This document shows positions 17,795 through 25,600 of a DNA stretch of 27,836 bases, in pieces. The translations under genes and the position numbers were made by a program. A model generated the notes under the pieces. The model made no database searches. It was given only the letters and a program-made list of their open reading frames with translations, and was not told the origin of the DNA. This DNA is from Candidatus Kuenenbacteria bacterium (GTDB lineage: Bacteria; Patescibacteriota; Patescibacteriia; UBA2591; PGYQ01). Where the stretch lies: the NCBI GenBank assembly GCA_016209005.1, contig JACQWZ010000109.1, positions 1-27,836 of the forward strand. The letters run 5' to 3'. Position 1 is the stretch's first letter; each line of letters starts with the position of its first letter.

Positions 17795-18919
17795 TTAATT
17801 TAATAAAATAATTATTTCAACGTGATCTTTTATTTTGGGCGTTCTTGTTGTCCAAAAAGGAGAAAATTTTATTTCTGCTTTTTGGATTTCATTAAATTGG
17901 CTGAAATATTCTTCAAGTTCCTTCTTTTTTAAACCAACCAGTTTATTTTTATTTAAAATTTCCGTTTTTGAATTTAAAGTCGCCATTCCTTCCAAATGAA
18001 CTTTAATTATCGCTTCTTTGGTTTGAGAATTATATTTTTCAATTGAATAAGTAAAATTTTGCAGAGGACTAATTAATTCTTGATTAGAAGAAATTTTTTC
18101 TAAAAGTTTAGACTTGGCAATTGCTAATAATTTTTCTTTATCAAAATTAATGCCGGTAATTTTTAATTTAATTCCTAAATTAAATTCATCTTTTTGTTCT
18201 TTTATTTCTGTGTCTTTTATTATTTCCACAATTTCAGAAACAAAAAGAGAGGGGATTGAATTATTTTTTTCATATTCAGACGATTCATCAATTCCTTTTT
18301 GAATTTTTTCTAAAACTTTTTCTTTTAATTTATTTGTCGCGCTTTCAATATATTTTTCCGTGATAATTTTATTTTTTTTAATCCCTCCAGTCATTGGTTC
18401 AAAACTTTGAGCGTAAATTTTATCTTGCGTTTGTTTTTGAAGGCCGGGAATAATAAAATAAACTCCTTTAGAAATTTCATTTTCTTTTCCGGGTTGATCG
18501 GCGTAAACTTCGGCTTCGGTTTTTCCATTAGCCGGAATAAACGCTCTTTCTTTGAGGCGATATAAAATATTATCCGGAGAGAGCAGGCGAGTGGTTACAA
18601 CAAGGCGGCGATTTTCTGATGTAAGATTAAAAATTGTTACTTTTCCAGTCGCTTGCGTTTTTATTTCTGAATTAGTTTCCTGAGCTGGAAAAGTATCTTG
18701 TTCCTCTTCAAAAGTTTCAGAAAAAGTAGATGAAATTATATTTGGATTTTGAGATTCAAAAGTTTCTTTCGCTAAAATAGTAAAATTCGTTTCAACTTTT
18801 TTAAAATTAGGAACAATGGAAATTATCGCTTTACTAAAAGAAAAATAGACAACAGTTAAAGCTAGAATTGTTGTGAAAATAATAAAAGTGAGACTTATTT
18901 TTTTAAGAAGAGAGTTCAT
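17795..18919 (-). CDS. Membrane-anchored hypothetical protein, possibly baseplate-J-like fold as often annotated in Parcubacteria
   Basis: N-terminal TM helix and the segment ATGKVTIFN...LVVTTRL...YRLKERAFIPA. The family call is from recall, not a search. Confidence 0.55.
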   Translation of the reverse strand: MNSLLKKISLTFIIFTTILALTVVYFSFSKAIISIVPNFKKVETNFTILAKETFESQNPNIISSTFSETFEEEQDTFPAQETNSEIKTQATGKVTIFNLTSENRRLVVTTRLLSPDNILYRLKERAFIPANGKTEAEVYADQPGKENEISKGVYFIIPGLQKQTQDKIYAQSFEPMTGGIKKNKIITEKYIESATNKLKEKVLEKIQKGIDESSEYEKNNSIPSLFVSEIVEIIKDTEIKEQKDEFNLGIKLKITGINFDKEKLLAIAKSKLLEKISSNQELISPLQNFTYSIEKYNSQTKEAIIKVHLEGMATLNSKTEILNKNKLVGLKKKELEEYFSQFNEIQKAEIKFSPFWTTRTPKIKDHVEIIILLN

Positions 18920-19061
18920 AAAAATGGAGGTTAGAGATTAGAAGTTGGAGGTTAGATGAGTAGAATGCAGAATTATTTAAATGATAAAAATGCAAAAATA
19001 TAAAAAAATAAAACCAAAACACAAAAACATTAAAACAAAAAAACAATAAAACAAAAAAACA

Positions 19062-19118
19062 ATAAAATATTGAAATTCCGATACTATAAAATATTGAAAT
19101 TCCGATACTATAAAATAT
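19062..19118. repeat. 24-bp tandem repeat (2.4 copies) at the truncation point of the AlkD remnant
   Basis: ATAAAATATTGAAATTCCGATACT occurs twice, followed by ATAAAATAT. Confidence 0.9.
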
Positions 19119-19269
19119 GATCTCTCCCGATTTCTTTGGCAAGTTTTCTTAAATTAGGAATAGAGACGTTAAAAGCTTTTTTAGGATTAATTCCAAATCG
19201 CGCCATTCCCTCAATATTTTTATGGCTGGATAATTTTTTAAGTTTCTTCAAAATATCATCAGATTGTAT
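19108..19269 (-). pseudogene. N-terminal remnant of a DNA alkylation repair (AlkD-like) protein
   Basis: (I)QSDDILKKLKKLSSHKNIEGMARFGINPKKAFNVSIPNLRKLAKEIGRDH followed by TAG. The rest of the domain is missing. Confidence 0.75.
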
Positions 19270-19308
19270 TTTTATAGTTTTTTTATTTATTTTACACCTA
19301 ACCATTTT

Positions 19309-19337
19309 GTAGAGACGTTTTGACAAAACGTCTCTAC
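19309..19337. repeat. GTAG-type REP hairpin that supplies the stop codon of the peptidase gene
   Basis: GTAGAGACGTTTT-gac-AAAACGTCTCTAC, a 13-bp perfect stem overlapping the TAG at 19334-19336. Confidence 0.85.
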
Positions 19338-19957
19338 GACAAAATCACTTCCTTTCCATCACCACAAAAAATATTTTTATCATTTTCAACCAATATCCCT
19401 TGCCCATCACGTAAAACACGAAGCGGGAATTTTAAATTTTTCATTTTCTCTTTCACTTCTATTTCTTGCTCGTCTGTGTAGTGAACTTTCAAGACAAAAG
19501 AAACATAATTAAGCGCGGAAAAATCAGTAACGCTCCACCTGTCTGTTGTTTTATCTTTCCAATTAGATACTTCAATCGTTGGGCGCATAATATACGCTCC
19601 AGCGCTTACACCAATATAAATTTTCCCCTCACTTAATAACTCTTTTAGAATTTTATCAAATCCTGTTTCCTTTATTGCTTTAAGTAAATAAAAAGTATTG
19701 CCTCCTTCAATATAAATTATGTTTTTATCTTTAAAAAAGTTTTTTAATTCTTCTTTATTTTTTTCTTCAATATCTATTTCATCAATAGGATATCCTTCGC
19801 CTCGAATAGTGGATTTCAATTTTTGATTAAAATCAGTTTTTGTTCCTTTTAACGCAGTTGTAATATAACCAATTTTCATTTGATCTTTTGGAATGCCAGT
19901 TAAATTATAACCATATTTCAAAAGAAAACTTAAATCTGAAGCAAGAATGAGTTTTAT
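19334..19957 (-). CDS. Peptidase S51 (dipeptidase E-like, class I GATase fold)
   Basis: Motifs IYIEGGNTFYLL, YIGVSAGA (nucleophile Ser) and VHY. The frame extends to ATA-AAA-CTC-ATT-CTT-GCT-TCA (xKLILAS) at 19957, with an upstream TAA at 19966. Confidence 0.85.
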   Translation of the reverse strand: MKLILASDLSFLLKYGYNLTGIPKDQMKIGYITTALKGTKTDFNQKLKSTIRGEGYPIDEIDIEEKNKEELKNFFKDKNIIYIEGGNTFYLLKAIKETGFDKILKELLSEGKIYIGVSAGAYIMRPTIEVSNWKDKTTDRWSVTDFSALNYVSFVLKVHYTDEQEIEVKEKMKNLKFPLRVLRDGQGILVENDKNIFCGDGKEVILS

Positions 19958-19970
19958 ATATTTTTAATAA

Positions 19971-21126
19971 TTATTTTTTCTTTTTAGAATTTAATAATTT
20001 TTTTACTTCCCGATCAAAGTCGGATTCAAACATGTGGTCTTGAATAACCCGGTATTTTTCAAATTCGCTTTCGGCTAATGCTATTGCCACTTTATGACTA
20101 ATTTGACCGCTATCCTGCAATATCAGGAGTTACGCATTATTAATGTGCATTTGGCTAATATTAGCTAAAAATGAAAAATTAACAAAAATTCAATTTTCGC
20201 TAACTTTAGCCATTTTTTGATTAAACTGCGTAAGTCCTGAATATTGCATTTTCGCTAAATTGTAAAAAACTATCTAATTTTTCTACCCAATCTTTCATAT
20301 ACATTATTTTGCCTTTACGCGCCTGACTTTCTGCAAAAACCAAATACATTTCCACAATTCTATTTAATTCGTCCATCTCATACTTATTCAAATAATTTTT
20401 GGCAATCACTGCATCAGTTTTTCTAATTGCTCCCTTAGGTGAGTTTTTCCAATTCGTAAGTCCCATATTTTGTTTTTCGCTGTTTACCCTGTTATGAATA
20501 ATTTCCGCTGTGGTTTGGTTAGTTATTGCCCAGTGAAGTTTGTTTTGTACGGTAGCAAAAAATTGTTTGGTAATTTTTTCATTTGGGTTATAATCAGCGC
20601 TACACTGTGCGTAAATGTCGGTAATTTTTTGATAGAATCTACGCTCGCTGGAACGAATATCGCGAATACGCGCCAGTTGTTCTTCAAAATAATCTTTACC
20701 AAAAATAGTATTTGGATTTTTCAGCCGTTCATCATCCATAGCAAAGCCTTTGATGATATATTCTTTCAAAATCTGTGTTGCCCAAATGCGAAATCGTGTG
20801 GCTTGAGAACTATTTACTCGATAACCAACTGAGAGAATCGCATCAAGATTATAAAACTTTGTGTTATATTTTTTCCCATCATCGGCAGTTAGTTCCAAAA
20901 TGGAACTAACTGAATTTTCATGCAATTCTCCACTTTCAAAAATATTTTTAAGATGTTTAGTAATAGCTGGTCTTTGCACACCAAACAAAAGAGCTATTTT
21001 GTCTTGTGTAAGCCAAATATTTTCATCACGCAAAAATATCTCCACTTTCACCTTGCCGTTTGGCGTGGTATAGAATAGAAATTCTGTAAATATGTTCTGT
21101 TTTTCAATCTGTTTATTCTTTTTCAT
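19971..21126 (-). pseudogene. RhuM-family (virulence RhuM-like) protein disrupted by MITE copy 5
   Basis: Motifs WLTQDKIALLF, YRVNSSQATRFRIWAT and RDIRSSERRFYQKITDIYA. Removing 121 bp restores ...FSENAILQDSGQISHKVAIALAESEFEKYRVIQDHMFESDFDREVKK (344 aa). Confidence 0.9.
20124..20239 (+). mobile_element. 116-bp MITE copy 5, inserted in rhuM
   Basis: Same TIRs, with direct AATAT flanks. Confidence 0.96.
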
Positions 21127-21847
21127 AGTTTTTAATTTCTTTTTTTAATAGATTTTTAAAATCTTTTAAAATCATTTGATGATTAACTGGTAAAAATTCT
21201 TTTAGCTCTTTTCTTATGTCTCCACGGTAATTTTTAAATTTTTCTAAAATTATTGGCAATAGTTTTTTTTGCTTGTTATTTAAATAATTATTTTTTAGCA
21301 AAAAATATAAATCATACCAATCGCGCGGTTTGCTTCTTGACAATAAAGCGGTTAATTTACCTTCGATAATTTCTTCTTGCGACAAATGAATAATATCATA
21401 AGTTGGTAAAAAATCAGTTTTAATTTGGCTGATTTCTTTCTTTATTTTTTTATTGCTTTGCCTAAATGAAATTTCAATTTTTAAATTAATTTTATAGTTA
21501 TAAAAAGAAAAAATAGTTTTAGCTAAATAACCGCCAGTTGTTTGTTTGGCTTCTTCAATATCTAAAATAAATCCCCAACTATTAAGAGTTGAATAAATAT
21601 CTATTAGCAAATTTTTTATTTCTTGATAACTGATATTTTTCATTGCTGTAAAATCCAAGTCTTCGGAAAATCTGGGACTATTATAAATAATACGCAAGGC
21701 AGTTCCTCCCTTAAATAACAACCTGTCAGATCCAACTTGTTTATATAATTCAGACAAAAAACTGTGTTGCAAATATTCTCTGGCAACGGTTAATTCATCC
21801 GTTTGTATTCTAATAGATAATCTCTTTATTTCGTCTTGATTTATCAT
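21113..21847 (-). CDS. AbiEii-family nucleotidyltransferase toxin (type IV TA)
   Basis: Motifs LLFKGGTALR, RFSEDLDF, KLTALLSR and PRDWYDL. Confidence 0.92.
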   Translation of the reverse strand: MINQDEIKRLSIRIQTDELTVAREYLQHSFLSELYKQVGSDRLLFKGGTALRIIYNSPRFSEDLDFTAMKNISYQEIKNLLIDIYSTLNSWGFILDIEEAKQTTGGYLAKTIFSFYNYKINLKIEISFRQSNKKIKKEISQIKTDFLPTYDIIHLSQEEIIEGKLTALLSRSKPRDWYDLYFLLKNNYLNNKQKKLLPIILEKFKNYRGDIRKELKEFLPVNHQMILKDFKNLLKKEIKNYEKE

Positions 21848-22439
21848 AAATTTTTTGAGCTAATTCTTTTAATGAAGCTCTGTTAAAAAGTTTAATAAAA
21901 TTCATTAGTTTTTTATAATTTATTTTATTTACATTAATTCTGTCATATAAAGATTTTTTCTTTAAATCAACAAAATAAAAATAATCAGCCAAAGCTTTTT
22001 CCGGTTCAGCCAAATATACTAGCTGGCCTTCAATATTTTTTTTAATATAACCTGTGAACACTTCTTTTTTAATATGGCAAAAACTGTAATTTATATTTTC
22101 AACAATAAAGTTTCGCGTTGTTTTAGAAGTAGCTGATGTTATGGAATATACGGTCTCTGGAATTATTCCGTAAAACATAAGGGCATATTCAAAAGAAACA
22201 TAAGAAGGATAATATAATTTATTAGCAATTTCTAATTCAGACGGTTTAAAGTTTTTATCAAAATATAGCCCTCTTTTTATTTTCGCGTAAATATCCTTTG
22301 TTATATTTCTTAAAATAAATTTTCTAGCTGATTCACAGTTAACACTAAAATACCTTTGTAAATCCAAAGGAGTAAAAATATATTTACGCTTTTCTCTAAT
22401 AAAATTTTGTACCCCGATAATGTTTAATTTTTTCTTCAT
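21810..22439 (-). CDS. AbiEi-family antitoxin / transcriptional regulator (type IV TA)
   Basis: N-terminal wHTH-like segment and motifs KIKRGLY, PSYVSFEYALMFYGIIPE and AEPEKALAD. ATG at 22439 is preferred to TTG at 22463. Confidence 0.9.
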   Translation of the reverse strand: MKKKLNIIGVQNFIREKRKYIFTPLDLQRYFSVNCESARKFILRNITKDIYAKIKRGLYFDKNFKPSELEIANKLYYPSYVSFEYALMFYGIIPETVYSITSATSKTTRNFIVENINYSFCHIKKEVFTGYIKKNIEGQLVYLAEPEKALADYFYFVDLKKKSLYDRINVNKINYKKLMNFIKLFNRASLKELAQKIYDKSRRNKEIIY

Positions 22440-22493
22440 AGTATGATTTATGTTATGGGACAATTATGTCCTAAAAATGAATTATCTATTTTT

Positions 22494-22522
22494 AGTATAA
22501 ATAATATTCATAAAACCGTCAA
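22494..22522 (-). promoter_or_regulatory. Sigma70-type promoter for the abiEi-abiEii-rhuM operon
   Basis: Minus strand TTGACG-N17-TATACT. An inverted repeat GGACA-N4-TGTCC lies between it and the start codon. Confidence 0.7.
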
Positions 22523-22665
22523 GTTTAATTTTTTTTTACTTAAAAATAATCAAAAAATAACCAAGATTACTCTCAGTTATTTTTTAAAAATGTATAAACC
22601 AGACACTGCTTAATATTTTTCTAATTGATTTGTTGTTTTGTTTTTTTATATTATTTTTTTAAATT

Positions 22666-25600
22666 TTAAATTAATAATTTTTTAATTTCTTCTTTTATTT
22701 CCTCATTATAATTAATAAATAAATTCGTGGCAATTTTTTGATCCCGACCATTATTTTTATAATTAAAATAAACTTGTTGTTTTCCGGGATGGTTAATTAA
22801 AATATTTTTTAATTTTTGAATTAAATCTTGATCAACAGTGGAAGATAAATTAATGCAAATGGAATTAATGGGCTTTTGTTTCTCAACTGGTTCGTTATTT
22901 TTTTGTTGCTCCATTGGATAGCGAGGTGTTTCTAATGGAATAGACCACTCATGGGAAAAACTTTTTGGTTTAGGAATAAAATTTTTATATTTTTTTATTA
23001 ATGATTGAATATTTTCTTCTGTTATTTCTTCCGCTTCATCAACTAATAATTTAACACTTTCATCTTTGTTGGACAATTTTCCTCGAATTAAAACCATTTT
23101 ATTTTCTTGCCAAATTTCAGAATTTCTTTTTAAAATCGAGGGAAATATTAAAATTTCCAAAGAACTGATTCCATCTTCTATTGTTACAAAAAGCATTAAT
23201 TCTTTTAATTGGCGAGTGAAAACTTTTTGTATTTTAGTGATTAGTCCGGCTGTTTGAATATAATTATTTTTAGAATTATAATTTTTAAGTTTAGAATAAG
23301 GAGAAATAATTTCTTTAAATAAAATCCTAATTTTTTCAAAAGGATGTTTTGAAACATAAAAACCAAGCAATTCTTTTTCCCAAGCAAGATTTTGATTTTC
23401 ATCTATTGGTTTTGTTGTTTTTTCGTCAGAGGTGTTATGCCCATCTTTGGCCGAATATCCGCCTTTGGCGGATAAATTTAATTTTGGCAAGGTGCCTAAA
23501 GAAAGAAAATCGAATAAATTAACTTGATCCGAGTTTTCTATTTTATTAATTTTTCGATTGTAATTTAAAATTTCTTCAGAATTTTCTAAAAATTGAGAAC
23601 GTTCTCCAAATTGATCAAATGCTCCGCATTTAATTAAACTTTCCAATGATTTTTTATTTAAATCTTTATGATTAATTCGTTGGGCAAAATCTTCCATACT
23701 TTTAAATTTTCCCTTTTCTTTTCGCTTTTCAATAATTACTTCAATAATTTTATCTCCAACATTTTTTATAGCCGACAAACCAAAACGAATAATTTGTTGC
23801 GGGAATGAATGGATATTTAAAAGATTTTTCTCTTTGGACTTAATATCTCGCAGGAAGGCGCTGGATTTGCCTTGATGTATCGCCGTGAAATTAGCAAAAC
23901 TTTCATTAATATCCGGCGATAAAATTTTAATTTTCATTTCTTTGCATTCATTAATTTCAATGGCGATTCTGTCAATATTATTTTGATCGGACGTCAAAAG
24001 GCTGGCCATAAATTCGCAAGGAAAATGAGTCTTTAAATAAGCGGTCCAATATCCAATTAAAGCGTAACAAGTCGCGTGGCTTTTATTAAATCCATAATCT
24101 GCGAAAGGTTCAATAATAAAAACAAAAACTTCTTCGGCAATTTTTTGAGAAATGCCGTTTGAAACACAGCCCTGAATAAATTTTTCTTTTTGTTCAATTA
24201 AAAGCGCGTGAATTTTTTTTCCAACCGCTTTTCTTAAAATATCCGCTTTTGCTAAACTAAATCCAGCTAATGTTTTAGCAATTTCCATAACTTGTTCTTG
24301 GTAAATGCAAATTCCGTAAGTCTTTTTTAAAATAGGTTCTAATTTTGGATGAAGATAAGACATTTTTTTTCTTCCATGTTTTCCGGCAATGTAGTCCGGA
24401 ATCCATTCCATTGGTCCCGGCCGATAAAGAGAAACCATAGCGATAATATCTTCGAAATTATTTGGCTTAAGTTGCTTTAAACATCGTTTCATTCCGCTAC
24501 TTTCAAGTTGGAACACGCCAGTTGTTTTTCCTTCTTTAAAAAGTTCGAAAGTTTTTTTATCATCAAGAGGAATTTGGTTAAGATCAATTTTTACACTGTG
24601 GTTTAATTCAATTAATTTAATTGTTTTTTGTAAAATAGTCAGATTTTTTAAACCTAAAATATCTATTTTAAGCAATCCTAAATTTTCAACGATATTCATG
24701 GAATATTGAGTGACAATTGTTTTATCGTCTTGAGTTGGATGTTGCAACGGAACATAATTATCAAGAGAATTTTTAGTAATCACAATGCCGCAAGCGTGAG
24801 TGGAAATATGTCTGGCGACCCCTTCTAATTTTTTGGAAATTTCAAGCAGTTTTTTAACTCCAGAATCAGTGTTAAATAAATTTTTTAATTCTGGCGCATT
24901 ATCAATTGAATCTTGAATAGAAGATCCAATAATCATTTTTGCTATTTTATCGCAAAAATTATATTCCATGCTTAAAACTCGACCGCAATCGCGAATAGAC
25001 GCTCGAGCGGCCATTGTTCCAAAAGTGGCTATTTGAGCGACATGATTTTTCCCATATTTTTCTTCTATATATTTTATAACTTCATTTCGACGATCATCGG
25101 CAAAATCTAAATCTATATCAGGCATACTAATTCTTTCTGGATTTAGAAATCTTTCAAATAATAGATTATATTTAATTGGATCAATCTCTGTGATATTAAG
25201 AACATAAGAAACCAAACTTCCCGGAGCCGAGCCACGACCTGGACCGACAACGATTTTATTTTTTTTTGCCCAGTTGACAAAATCTTGAACAATAAGAAGA
25301 TAAGAAGCAAAACCAGTGCGTTCTATAGTTTCTAATTCATATTTCAAACGAGATAAAATTTCTTCTTTGCATTCAGGAAATTTTTGTTTTAATCCTTGAT
25401 AGCAAAGTTTTTCAAGATATTTATCCAGCGCATTCTTAGAGTCTGGCATTAATTTAGCGCTTTGTGAATTGATGTCTAATAAATTTTTTTTATGTGATTC
25501 AGCATCTTGTAAGAAGGCGCTGGATAAATTCGCGTCAAGATTATCCGGCACATCAAAATGCGGCAAAAGAATTTCTTTAAGAGGAATTTCTAAATTGCAC

